Source: an uncultured Bacillota bacterium (GTDB lineage: Bacteria; Bacillota_I; Bacilli_A; RFN20; CAG-631). From it: 64,000 nucleotides of DNA. The stretch covers positions 84,110 to 148,109 of the forward strand of contig CABUID010000001.1 in the NCBI GenBank assembly GCA_902491575.1. The letters run 5' to 3'. The translations under genes were made by a program, and so were the position numbers. Positions 19,222 through 29,052 of the stretch are shown piece by piece. The notes beneath the pieces were generated by a model, which did not search any database, was not told the DNA's origin, and saw only the letters and a program-made list of their open reading frames with translations. Position 1 is the stretch's first letter, and each line of letters opens with the position of its first letter.

Positions 19222-19749
19222 TTATAAGATTTTCACAAAATCTTCCTTTCTCTTTTTTGTAATTAATTTTTCAGGTTCAGCGCAATAGCCAATAATACAA
19301 GTTCCCACAATCATAGAATTTTCAGGAATTTTCCATGATTTTTTAATTTTTTGACCTTCTTTCGTATTGAATAAATCATCCACTTGATTGATCCAACATG
19401 AATTGATTTTTAAAGCTGTAGCAGCAATAAACATGTTTTCAAGAATACAGGTTGAATCTTGAATACAAAATTTATCTTCTCTTGGAGCGTATACTAAAAT
19501 AAATGTATTTGCTCCATAAAAACAATCTCTTTCCAAATGTTGTAAAGAAAGGCTCCTAAGTTTTTCGACTTGCTTTTTATCTCTGACTACTAAAATGTTA
19601 GCAATCTGTCTATTCTTTCCACTTGGCGCCATCATGCCACATTCTGTAATAAGTTTAACTTTGGATAAAGAAACTTTTTGACTCGTATAACTTCGACAAC
19701 TTATTCTATTTTTGATAATTGAAATGAATTTGTTTTCCGTATAAATCAC
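19222..19749 (-). CDS. Nitroreductase family protein
   Basis: N-terminal RISCRSYT and ~175-aa size, typical of NAD(P)H nitroreductases. Confidence 0.65.
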   Translation of the reverse strand: MIYTENKFISIIKNRISCRSYTSQKVSLSKVKLITECGMMAPSGKNRQIANILVVRDKKQVEKLRSLSLQHLERDCFYGANTFILVYAPREDKFCIQDSTCILENMFIAATALKINSCWINQVDDLFNTKEGQKIKKSWKIPENSMIVGTCIIGYCAEPEKLITKKRKEDFVKIL

Positions 19750-19831
19750 CTCTATTTTTATTATATATTATTTTTTACTGAATTTGCTAGAGTTATGTGA
19801 TATAATTATCAAAGGAGGAATTTTAAAGAAT

Positions 19832-20458
19832 ATGCATACAATTGTTAAACACCCATTAATAGACGTAAAATTATCGATTATGAGAGATGAAAACACAAAA
19901 TCAAAGGAATTTAGGGAGAATTTAAATGAGATTGCCTCTTTTATGTGTTTTGAGGTATTTAAAGATTTAGACACTTATGACTCACAAGAAACTTATCAAA
20001 CACCAACAGGAATACAACTTCACAAAAAGAAATTGAGTCACAAAATTATTATTGCTCCAATTTTAAGAGCAGGAATTGGTTTATGCGATGGAATTAAAAA
20101 TATGGTTCCAACAGCAAGAATTGGTCATATTGGAATGTATAGAAATGAAGAGACTTTACAACCTGTTGAATATTATTTTAAATTACCCGATGTAGAAAAC
20201 CCATTGGTTGTTATTGTTGATCCAATGTTAGCAACAGGAGGAAGCGCAATTGCTGCAATTGAGGCTTGTAAAAAAAGAGGATACAATAATATTCGTTTAA
20301 TGTGTTTGGTCGGCGTACCTGAAGGTTTAGCAGCTGTAGAAAAAGCATACCCAGATGTTCATATTTATTTGGCATCATTAGATGAAAAATTAAATGAAAA
20401 AGGCTATATTCTTCCTGGCCTTGGAGATGCTGGAGATCGTATATTTGGAACAAAATAA
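19832..20458 (+). CDS. upp: Uracil phosphoribosyltransferase
   Basis: Start at MHTIVKHPL after AAAGGAGG. PRPP-binding VVIVDPMLATGGS motif. C-terminal YILPGLGDAGDRIFGTK. Confidence 0.9.
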   Translation: MHTIVKHPLIDVKLSIMRDENTKSKEFRENLNEIASFMCFEVFKDLDTYDSQETYQTPTGIQLHKKKLSHKIIIAPILRAGIGLCDGIKNMVPTARIGHIGMYRNEETLQPVEYYFKLPDVENPLVVIVDPMLATGGSAIAAIEACKKRGYNNIRLMCLVGVPEGLAAVEKAYPDVHIYLASLDEKLNEKGYILPGLGDAGDRIFGTK

Positions 20459-20461
20459 AAT

Positions 20462-20493
20462 GCAATAAAGCAAAAACTTTATTGCTTTTTTTG
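20462..20493 (+). terminator. Rho-independent terminator after upp (GCAATAAAG-caaaaa-CTTTATTGC plus TTTTTTT)
   Basis: Perfect 9-bp stem followed by a T7 run. Confidence 0.75.
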
Positions 20494-20630
20494 TTTGATA
20501 ATAATTTTTTTTCTAAAAAAAATTGTTTTGTAAAATATTCGTTTAAGGATTTGGGAAAAAAATAACTTGATTAATACATATAAATATGTATAATAATTAT
20601 TATGCAGGTTTTGGAATGAGGTGATTTTTT

Positions 20631-21818
20631 TTGCTGAAAAAATTTAAATTTAAATTTTATACAGTTGGAGCAATTGCGATTTTACTTACATGCTTAACAG
20701 GTTGTGGATATCATTCTGCTCATAATGAACAAGGTTATACACAAGAAGTCATTTATGATTTAGGTGAGGGTGTTTGTAAAGCGAACAATCGAGAAACAAA
20801 TAAACTAACAGTTTACTATCTTCCAGGTTCTCACATCACAGATTTTTCTGACAATAAAGAATATGTTTTTACAAGAGCAAATTCTGCCGATGGAAGTATA
20901 AAGTATGAGTTAGAAGGTTGGTATTTAGATAAGGAATATGAACATCCTGTTGATTTTGAAACATATACTTTACCTGAAGACAAGGAAATTGTCACAACAA
21001 TTTATGCAAAATGGGAAGAAATTTTTGATAAACATTTTAACATTTATTATCAACCAGAAAATAGTGCTGAGTTTACTTTATTAAAAACATTACAATGGGA
21101 ATTAAATAAACCATTTAAATATTCTTCAGATAATATTGAATATCCAAGTGATGAAGAATATACATTCATAGGTGCCTATATCGACGAAGAAATGACAACG
21201 GCTGTTGATAATAACTATTTGTTAACAAAAGACGGAGAGGATTTACCGATTTATACAAAATGGATAAAAGGTCATTATCGCGTCGTCAATACACCATCTG
21301 AATTTAGAAGTTACTTTGATCGTTATGTATTAAGTTATGATTTATATTTGAATGCAGATATTGATTTATCTGGCGTAACTTTACCAAGACTTTCCATACT
21401 TAATGGAAGAACGATTTTAGGAAATCATCATACAATTTCTAATTTAACTTATTCAACATTAAGTGGTGAAAATGGATCGAAAACGACAGTAACCCTTGGA
21501 GGATTAGCGGATACAATAGAAAATTGTACCATCAAAGATTTGAAAATCACAAATGCAACTTATACAATGCATGTTGTAACTTGTAAATATTTGCAATTTG
21601 GAGCTTTAGCAGGAACAATTAAATCATCAACAATTGATAATGTTTCCATTAATGGAACAATAACTTATGCTGAAGACACATTGAAACGTCTTGAAAATGA
21701 AACACTGATTGCTGTACGTATTGCGGATGGTTTAGCTTATTCTATCGATGAAAGTTCAGTGATAACAAATGATCAAGTCGATTTATCTACTATAATGTAT
21801 GATTTAAAGGAGGAATAA
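20631..21818 (+). CDS. Lipoprotein with Listeria-Bacteroides (Flg_new) type repeats; TTG start
   Basis: Lipobox LLTCLTGCGY. Repeat signature GWYLDKEYEHPVDFETYTLPEDKEIVTTIYAKWEE. The stop lies 1 nt before the oppA-like start. Confidence 0.55.
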   Translation: MLKKFKFKFYTVGAIAILLTCLTGCGYHSAHNEQGYTQEVIYDLGEGVCKANNRETNKLTVYYLPGSHITDFSDNKEYVFTRANSADGSIKYELEGWYLDKEYEHPVDFETYTLPEDKEIVTTIYAKWEEIFDKHFNIYYQPENSAEFTLLKTLQWELNKPFKYSSDNIEYPSDEEYTFIGAYIDEEMTTAVDNNYLLTKDGEDLPIYTKWIKGHYRVVNTPSEFRSYFDRYVLSYDLYLNADIDLSGVTLPRLSILNGRTILGNHHTISNLTYSTLSGENGSKTTVTLGGLADTIENCTIKDLKITNATYTMHVVTCKYLQFGALAGTIKSSTIDNVSINGTITYAEDTLKRLENETLIAVRIADGLAYSIDESSVITNDQVDLSTIMYDLKEE

Positions 21819-21819
21819 T

Positions 21820-24405
21820 ATGAAAAACAATTTTTTAAAATGCTTAATGTTAGGCTTGTCTACTGTGACTTTAACATTAACTGCTTGTAATAATAAAACA
21901 AGTGATAGTAATGATTTATCCAATACAGGAAGTTCAACCCCTGATAAGGTTTATGATAATAATGAAACACCTTTGGTTTTTGCTTCCCAAGATTTAGATG
22001 GTGTTTTTAATCCATTTTATTATTCAACAGGACCAGATGGACAAATTATTGGGATGACCCAAATTTCAATGTTTACAACAGACAAAAATGCAGGAATTGC
22101 TTTTGGCGCTGATGAACCAGTTGTTGTTTTAGACTATGAAAATAAATACGATGATGCAACAGATCAAACAACTTATACTTTTGTCTTAAAAAATCCATCT
22201 TATAATGTGAAATACTCTAATGGTACTTATGTAACATTAAAAGATGTTTTGTTTAATCTTTATGAATACTTAGACCCTCAATATACAGGCTCATCTACGA
22301 TGTATTCCACTAAAATAATAGGATTAGAGGAATATCGAACACAACAGTCAACAAGTGAAGGTCAAGATGCTTTTGAAGAAAAATTTACGATTGAAGCAGA
22401 TGATAGAGTGAACCAACTTGTTACGGTCATTGAAGAAATTAATAAAGAACATCCTTCTGGTGTAACGGTAGAAGATTTAGTGAACAAATATCTTCCTGCA
22501 AAATCTGTAGATTATGAAGGAAATGCTGAGTTTAAATATTCTGATAAATTTGTAGAAGATTTTAACTATATTGGTGAAACTTTTAGAAAAGAACTTCAAA
22601 GTGATTTTACATCGAATAAAGACACTTATGGTGATTATGGCTTATATAATGATATTCAAACTTTCTTTTATGTTGAAGGCTTGATTACGATTGACTTAGA
22701 TAAACCAAAAGATGATCCAACACGTATCGAATATGCTGGATTTGATTCAAATCGTATTGATAATTGGCATGGAGAAGGAAAGCCATTAACTGAGCAAGAA
22801 GCGATTGATATTGTTTATGATTATTATTATCCTGATCAATTCGCTACTATTGCAAATTATTGGCAAACAGCAACTACTATCCGTGAATCTTTTGTATCGG
22901 ATGCCAAAGATATTTATTTTAGCAGCAATACAGATAGAATTTATAAAGATATTTCTGGCATTAAAGTAATTACTACAGATACAACGGTTAATGGTACGAA
23001 TTATAAATATGCATTATATGATTCAAATGGTGAAAAAATACAAGGATCGGATAATGGTTATGAAATGTTATCCATTACAATTGATGGTGTAGATCCAAAA
23101 GCTATTTGGAACTTCTCTTTCTCAGTAGCACCAATGTATTATTATTCTAATGAAGAACAAATACAAAAATTTAATTATGGTTTAAGCAAAATTGATGACC
23201 CTTGCTTTGGTGTGGATTATGGAAGTAAGGATTTTCAAACAAAAGTGATAAAAGATTCCAGTAAAATTGGTGTTCCTGTTGGCGCAGGAGCTTATAAAGC
23301 TACAAACAAATATACAAATTCTGAAAATGTTACATCGAGTACCTTCTTTGAAGATAATGTTGTTTATTTTGAAAGAAATGATTATTTCTTAATGGGTGCT
23401 CCAAAGATTAAAAAAATTAGATACAAAGTAGTTGCAACCAATCAAATGTTAAATGCTTTAACACAAGGTGAAGTTCATTATTGTGAACCAAGCGCTAAAA
23501 AAGAAATCATTGATGAATTGAATACATTATCTGATTCTGGTTTTGCTTATGCACAAGCTGAAACTTTAGGTTATGGTTATATTGGTATTAACGCGGCTAA
23601 AGTTCCTTCTGTATATGCACGTAGAGCAATTATGACAACAATGAATACGAAATTATGTATCGATTACTATTCAGGTGCCGCTAAACAATTATATCGTCCT
23701 ATGTCAAGTGTATCATGGGCATATCCAACAGGTTGTGAACCTTACTATGAATATGATTCGACCGGTCAACAAGCAAAAGCATTATTATTACAAGCTGGTT
23801 ACCGTCAAAACTCACAAAACAAAATGGTAGATAGTAGTGGTAAACAATTAAAACTTGTATTTACGATTGCTGGTGATGATCCTGATCACCCTACAGCAAG
23901 TACTTTCTTCAAATCTGCTGAAATCTTAAATGGTATTGGTTGTGATATTACTGTTAAAACAGATGTTGATGCTTTATCAAAATTAAATACTGGTGATTTA
24001 GCAGTTTGGGCTGCTGCATGGTCAACAACCATTGACCCTGATATGTATCAAACTTATCATATTAACTCAACAGCAACATCCACTTTAAACTGGGGTTATA
24101 ACGCTATCCGTAACGATACTACTGGAAAAACTTATAGTTATGAGCAAGGCATCATTGCAGAATTGTCAGATAAAATCGAAGCTGGTCGTGAAACACTTGA
24201 TGAAGATGAAAGAAAAGCAATTTATTCGGATTGTTTAGACTTAGTTATGGATTTAGCTGTTGAACTTCCAACTTATCAAAGAAACGATTTATTTGCCTAT
24301 AATGCTAAAGTGCTTGATGAATCAACAATGACTCCTGCAAAGGATATTTCTCCATATAATGGTCTTATCAATCAAATTTGGAATTTAAGCTTAATTACAA
24401 AGTAA
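21820..24405 (+). CDS. oppA: Oligopeptide ABC transporter substrate-binding lipoprotein (SBP family 5), unusually large (861 aa)
   Basis: Lipobox LTLTAC. Family-5 SBP core (YFERNDYF...) with long insertions. Heads the oppBCDF operon. Confidence 0.75.
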   Translation: MKNNFLKCLMLGLSTVTLTLTACNNKTSDSNDLSNTGSSTPDKVYDNNETPLVFASQDLDGVFNPFYYSTGPDGQIIGMTQISMFTTDKNAGIAFGADEPVVVLDYENKYDDATDQTTYTFVLKNPSYNVKYSNGTYVTLKDVLFNLYEYLDPQYTGSSTMYSTKIIGLEEYRTQQSTSEGQDAFEEKFTIEADDRVNQLVTVIEEINKEHPSGVTVEDLVNKYLPAKSVDYEGNAEFKYSDKFVEDFNYIGETFRKELQSDFTSNKDTYGDYGLYNDIQTFFYVEGLITIDLDKPKDDPTRIEYAGFDSNRIDNWHGEGKPLTEQEAIDIVYDYYYPDQFATIANYWQTATTIRESFVSDAKDIYFSSNTDRIYKDISGIKVITTDTTVNGTNYKYALYDSNGEKIQGSDNGYEMLSITIDGVDPKAIWNFSFSVAPMYYYSNEEQIQKFNYGLSKIDDPCFGVDYGSKDFQTKVIKDSSKIGVPVGAGAYKATNKYTNSENVTSSTFFEDNVVYFERNDYFLMGAPKIKKIRYKVVATNQMLNALTQGEVHYCEPSAKKEIIDELNTLSDSGFAYAQAETLGYGYIGINAAKVPSVYARRAIMTTMNTKLCIDYYSGAAKQLYRPMSSVSWAYPTGCEPYYEYDSTGQQAKALLLQAGYRQNSQNKMVDSSGKQLKLVFTIAGDDPDHPTASTFFKSAEILNGIGCDITVKTDVDALSKLNTGDLAVWAAAWSTTIDPDMYQTYHINSTATSTLNWGYNAIRNDTTGKTYSYEQGIIAELSDKIEAGRETLDEDERKAIYSDCLDLVMDLAVELPTYQRNDLFAYNAKVLDESTMTPAKDISPYNGLINQIWNLSLITK

Positions 24406-24424
24406 AAAGAAAGGAGTAATAATT

Positions 24425-25426
24425 ATGTTTAAATATATTGTTAAACGATTACTCCTTTCAATCCTTATTTTATTTGGCGTATCAGTAATTATTTATTTTT
24501 TAATTCGACTGATGCCAGCAAATTATTTTGAAAAACAATTTTCTTCCCAATTATCGACGGGAGCAATGACAATGGACCAACTTAATGATATGTTAAAGCA
24601 TTATGGTTTGGATGATAATTCGTTCATGGGAATTGTCAAAGGTTATGGAAGTTGGCTTTTAAAGGCTTTACAAGGCGATTTAGGTGAATCTTTTGTTTAT
24701 AAAAAACCTGTAGCTGAAGTAATTGCAGATAAAATGTGGATTTCGTTTGCTATTTCTGGAGTGGCTTTAATTTTTGAATTTATTATTGCTATACCTTTAG
24801 GTGTATCGAGTGCAGTTAAGCAATATTCATTTCAGGATTATTTAGTTACTATATTAGCAATGATAGGTATATCGTTCCCATCTTTCTTCTTTGCAGATAT
24901 ATTAATTAAAGTATTTGCTGTAGAATTAGGATGGTTGCCTGTTTCGGGGCAGACCAGTGCTGAAATTGATATAACAACAATTTCATCGTTTGAATATTTG
25001 GTCATGAATTTTTCTCACTTGATTTTACCAATGATTACTTTAGTTGTTTTATCGATTGGTGGAATGATGAGATATACGAGAACCAATACTCTAGAAGTAT
25101 TAAATGCGGATTATATTCGTACAGCAAGAGCAAAAGGTTTAAGTGAAAGAAAAGTAATTTATAAACATGCTTTTAGGAATACAATGATTCCTCTTGTTAC
25201 CATTTTTGCTGGAATTTTGCCATCTTTATTTGGTGGAGCCATGATTGTGGAACAAGTATTTGGAATAGAAGGTATTGGTAATGTCGCTTATAAAGCTTTG
25301 AATTCAGCAGATATTCCATTTATTATGGGATATAACATGTTTTTAGCTGTATTGACAATTATTGGTACGTTATTATCGGATATTATGTATGCAATTGTTG
25401 ACCCTCGTGTCAAACTTGGAAAGTAG
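24425..25426 (+). CDS. oppB: Oligopeptide ABC transporter permease OppB
   Basis: Six predicted TM segments with the EAA-like RTARAKGLSERKVIYKHAFRN motif. Confidence 0.85.
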   Translation: MFKYIVKRLLLSILILFGVSVIIYFLIRLMPANYFEKQFSSQLSTGAMTMDQLNDMLKHYGLDDNSFMGIVKGYGSWLLKALQGDLGESFVYKKPVAEVIADKMWISFAISGVALIFEFIIAIPLGVSSAVKQYSFQDYLVTILAMIGISFPSFFFADILIKVFAVELGWLPVSGQTSAEIDITTISSFEYLVMNFSHLILPMITLVVLSIGGMMRYTRTNTLEVLNADYIRTARAKGLSERKVIYKHAFRNTMIPLVTIFAGILPSLFGGAMIVEQVFGIEGIGNVAYKALNSADIPFIMGYNMFLAVLTIIGTLLSDIMYAIVDPRVKLGK

Positions 25427-26527
25427 GTGAAAAAGATGGAAGAATTGAATAATACAACTACTTTTCAAAATACGAATACGAATGAAGAAATAGAAAAAAC
25501 GGTAGATGAAATTTCAAACGTTAAACAAATGTCTCCTACGAAACTTGTTTTCCGTCGTTTTTTCCGTTCAAAACTTTCGATTGTAGGTCTAGTTCTGATC
25601 ATTGGTTTATTTGTATTTTCTTTTTTAGGACCATGGATTTTAAAATTACTAGATAAAATTGATTTTTTAAATATCATCCATATATGGGGAGAAATTGAAG
25701 CAGATGAATCTGGTTCATCGGTTATTAATGAATCCTTAATTCGTTTTAATGTTGGTGGACAAACCTTTAAATGTTATGATGTTTATGAATATTTCAAAGA
25801 TAATAATATTTATGATGGCATTTCTGCTGTACACTGGCTTGGAACAGATAATCAAGGTTATGATATTTTTACCCGTTTAATGTATGGTGGAAGAATTTCT
25901 TTAATGATTGGTTTTATCGTTGTTTTCATGGAAATGATTATTGGAATTATTTTAGGCGGCTTAGCAGGATATTTTGGTAAATGGGTTGATCAAATTATTA
26001 TGCGTATCGTTGATATCTTTAACTGTATTCCAACTTTACCAATTTTATTAATTGCTGCTTCTTTATTAAATGCTTTAGAAGTGAAGGAAAGTTATAAGAT
26101 TTATTATTTAATGTTTATCTTAACGCTATTTGGTTGGTCTGGAACAGCTCGTATGGTACGTGGACAAATTTTATATTTGCGTGAGCAAGAATATATGATT
26201 GCTTCTGAAGTAATGGGTTATCCTACAAGTAAGAAAATATTTGGACAATTGATTCCAAATGTCCTTCCACAGTTAATTGTCAGTGCAACACTTGGTTTTG
26301 GAAGTGTCATTTTATATGAGTCTACTTTGTCTTATTTAGGGTTAGGCGTTCAAATACCTTATGCGGCTTGGGGAACAATGATACAATCGGCAAATAACTA
26401 TGAAGTTATGCAAAACTATCCTCTTTTATGGGTACCTGCTGGAATTTGTATTGTTTTAGCTGTTTTAGGATTTAACTTTGTTGGAGATGGATTACGCGAT
26501 GCTTTTGATCCAAAAGGAAAGAGGTAA
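25427..26527 (+). CDS. oppC: Oligopeptide ABC transporter permease OppC
   Basis: N-terminal extension plus a permease core with the MVRGQILYLREQEYMIASEVMG motif. Confidence 0.85.
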   Translation: MKKMEELNNTTTFQNTNTNEEIEKTVDEISNVKQMSPTKLVFRRFFRSKLSIVGLVLIIGLFVFSFLGPWILKLLDKIDFLNIIHIWGEIEADESGSSVINESLIRFNVGGQTFKCYDVYEYFKDNNIYDGISAVHWLGTDNQGYDIFTRLMYGGRISLMIGFIVVFMEMIIGIILGGLAGYFGKWVDQIIMRIVDIFNCIPTLPILLIAASLLNALEVKESYKIYYLMFILTLFGWSGTARMVRGQILYLREQEYMIASEVMGYPTSKKIFGQLIPNVLPQLIVSATLGFGSVILYESTLSYLGLGVQIPYAAWGTMIQSANNYEVMQNYPLLWVPAGICIVLAVLGFNFVGDGLRDAFDPKGKR

Positions 26528-26532
26528 TTCAT

Positions 26533-27660
26533 ATGGCATATATTAGTAATAAAGAAATACAAAAAATTGTTAAAAATAACAATAAAGAGATTAAATTATT
26601 AAATAAGAAAAATAAATCGTTTACAAAAGAAGATTATATTACCTCGATGAAAGATGAAAACAATATTGTTGAATTTGAAAATTTGAGGACTTATTTTTAC
26701 ACAGATAATGGTATTGTTAAAGCTGTGAATGGTGTTACTTTTGAAGTGCCTAAAAATAGTATTGTTGGAATTGTTGGAGAATCAGGATGTGGGAAATCAG
26801 TAACTTCTCTTTCTTTGATGCGTTTACTTCAAGGACCAAGTGGGCAAATTGTTGATGGCTCCATACGTTTTAGAGCTTCTAACGATGTGGTATACGACAT
26901 TGCTAAAATGCCTATTAAAGAGATGTATAATATTCGTGGTAAAGACATAACCATGATTTTCCAAGAACCAATGACTTCCTTAAACCCAGTTTTTACGGTA
27001 GGAAATCAATTGGATGAAGTTTCCGTTTTACATAATCATTTTAATAAAGCCCAATCGAAAGCAAGATCCATTGAGATGTTAGGGCTGGTTGGAATTCCTG
27101 ATCCTGAAATGGTATATAAAAAATATCCTCATGAATTATCAGGTGGAATGAGACAAAGAGTGATGATTGCTATGGCTTTGGCTGCTAATCCAAAATTAAT
27201 CGTTGCAGATGAACCAACGACAGCATTAGATGTAACGATTCAAGCACAGATTTTAGATTTATTAAGAGTGATTAAAGAAAAGACTGGAGCATCTATCATG
27301 TTAATTACGCATGATTTAGGCGTTATTGCAGAAATGGTTGATTATGTTATTGTGATGTATGCTGGAAAGATTATTGAAAAAGGTACAGTAATGGAAATTT
27401 TTGATCACCCAATGCATCCTTATACAATTGGTCTACAAAAATCGAAGCCACGTGTAGATGGTAATAGTAATGAACCTTTATTTTCTATTCCTGGAAATGT
27501 TCCTAATCCAATTAACATGCCATCATTTTGTTATTTTAAAAATCGTTGTGATAAATGCATGGATAAATGTAGTGGTGAATATCCAGAAATGATTCAGGTT
27601 TCACCAACACATTTTGTTTCATGTTATTACGCTGAAGAAAAAATGAAAGGAAACAAATAA
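26533..27660 (+). CDS. oppD: Oligopeptide ABC transporter ATP-binding protein OppD
   Basis: Walker A GESGCGKS, signature LSGGMRQR, Walker B LIVADEPTTALD, C-terminal oligopeptide-type extension. Confidence 0.88.
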   Translation: MAYISNKEIQKIVKNNNKEIKLLNKKNKSFTKEDYITSMKDENNIVEFENLRTYFYTDNGIVKAVNGVTFEVPKNSIVGIVGESGCGKSVTSLSLMRLLQGPSGQIVDGSIRFRASNDVVYDIAKMPIKEMYNIRGKDITMIFQEPMTSLNPVFTVGNQLDEVSVLHNHFNKAQSKARSIEMLGLVGIPDPEMVYKKYPHELSGGMRQRVMIAMALAANPKLIVADEPTTALDVTIQAQILDLLRVIKEKTGASIMLITHDLGVIAEMVDYVIVMYAGKIIEKGTVMEIFDHPMHPYTIGLQKSKPRVDGNSNEPLFSIPGNVPNPINMPSFCYFKNRCDKCMDKCSGEYPEMIQVSPTHFVSCYYAEEKMKGNK

Positions 27661-27661
27661 T

Positions 27662-28678
27662 ATGGAAAAATTGGTTTTCTATAAAAGTAAAAAGAAGAAT
27701 ACTCAAAAAAATATATTAGTTGTTTCTCATTTAAAGAAATATTTTCCTGTTGCTACGAATTTTTTCGGGAAACCAACAAAATGGCTCCATGCAGTAGAAG
27801 ATGTATCTTTTAATTTAGAAAGTGGTAAAACATTAGGAATTGTTGGTGAGTCTGGATGTGGCAAAACGACACTTGGTAGAACGATATTAAAACTATATGA
27901 TATACAAGGTGGAGAGATTTTTTATGATGGAAATAATATAACCAATCTATCATCAAAAGAAATGATAAAATATAGAACAAAAATTCAATATGTATTTCAA
28001 GATCCTTATTCATCTTTACCACCACGTTTGCCAATTGGTGAAATCATTGCTCAGCCTGTGCGAATTCACAATATTGTTCCAAAAAATCAGGTGAAGGATT
28101 ATGTTTTGAAAGTGATGAAGGATTGTGGGCTGCAAGCACACTTTTATGATCGTTATCCTCATGAATTTTCAGGTGGACAAAGACAAAGAATTTGTATTGC
28201 TAGGGCTTTAGCGGTTAAACCAAGACTAGTTATTTTAGATGAACCTGTTTCTGCTTTGGATGTGTCTATACAAGCACAAATTATTAATTTGTTGAAAAAA
28301 CTGCAAGAAAAAGAAGGATTTACCTATTTATTTATTACACACGATATTTCGGTTGTCAAATATGTATCGGATGAAATTGGAGTAATGTATTTAGGTTCAA
28401 TGGTTGAAAAAGGCAGTAAAGATTCTATTTTTAGTGAGCCACTTCATCCTTATACGAATGCTTTATTCTCTGCTGTACCGATTGCAGATCCGAAAGTGAA
28501 AATGAACAGAATAATCTTAAAAGGTGATATTCCATCACCATCTAATCCTCCTGCTGGATGTAAATTCCATACAAGGTGTAATCAATGCATGGATATTTGT
28601 AAGAAAGTACAGCCACAATGGAAAGAGGTTAGACCTGGACACTTTGTCGCTTGTCATTTATATGATGAAAAAAAATAA
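27662..28678 (+). CDS. oppF: Oligopeptide ABC transporter ATP-binding protein OppF
   Basis: Walker A GESGCGKTT, signature FSGGQRQR, Walker B LVILDEPVSALD. Confidence 0.88.
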   Translation: MEKLVFYKSKKKNTQKNILVVSHLKKYFPVATNFFGKPTKWLHAVEDVSFNLESGKTLGIVGESGCGKTTLGRTILKLYDIQGGEIFYDGNNITNLSSKEMIKYRTKIQYVFQDPYSSLPPRLPIGEIIAQPVRIHNIVPKNQVKDYVLKVMKDCGLQAHFYDRYPHEFSGGQRQRICIARALAVKPRLVILDEPVSALDVSIQAQIINLLKKLQEKEGFTYLFITHDISVVKYVSDEIGVMYLGSMVEKGSKDSIFSEPLHPYTNALFSAVPIADPKVKMNRIILKGDIPSPSNPPAGCKFHTRCNQCMDICKKVQPQWKEVRPGHFVACHLYDEKK

Positions 28679-28916
28679 AAAGAAAGATAAAGAAGAATTT
28701 ATTGATGATGGCCGAACGATAGCCAACATGGATATCGAAGGAATGCCACATCGAAAAGATGATCCTAATCGAAAAAAAGAATACGATATTACAAAAGAAG
28801 AAAAAAGACAATTAATCGGTGCTAGTTATAAAGCAATGCTACCTGTCTTATTATGTGGTTTATTAGGGATGGGACTTGCCATGTTACTTATTATGCTTTG
28901 GCTTCATGTCATTTAA
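28662..28916 (+). CDS. Small C-terminally membrane-anchored protein (84 aa) whose start overlaps the last codons of oppF
   Basis: ATG at 28662 in a different frame from oppF. Lysine-rich N-terminus and a C-terminal hydrophobic helix (AMLPVLLCGLLGMGLAMLLIMLWL). Confidence 0.4.
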   Translation: MMKKNKKKDKEEFIDDGRTIANMDIEGMPHRKDDPNRKKEYDITKEEKRQLIGASYKAMLPVLLCGLLGMGLAMLLIMLWLHVI

Positions 28917-28994
28917 TAAGAAAAAGTGTTTCAAAGGACAAAAATTTTGAAATACTTTTATTTTTTTAAGTCCATAATAAAAATAAAATAAAAA

Positions 28995-29026
28995 TAGTTT
29001 TTTTTTATATCATATTATGATATAAT
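28995..29026 (+). promoter_or_regulatory. Promoter with TG-extended -10 TGATATAAT (29018-29026) upstream of the 29053 gene
   Basis: Consensus extended -10 located 27 bp upstream of the RBS GGAAGGAG. Confidence 0.5.
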
Positions 29027-29052
29027 AGTACATAACTGGAAGGAGAAGTGTT

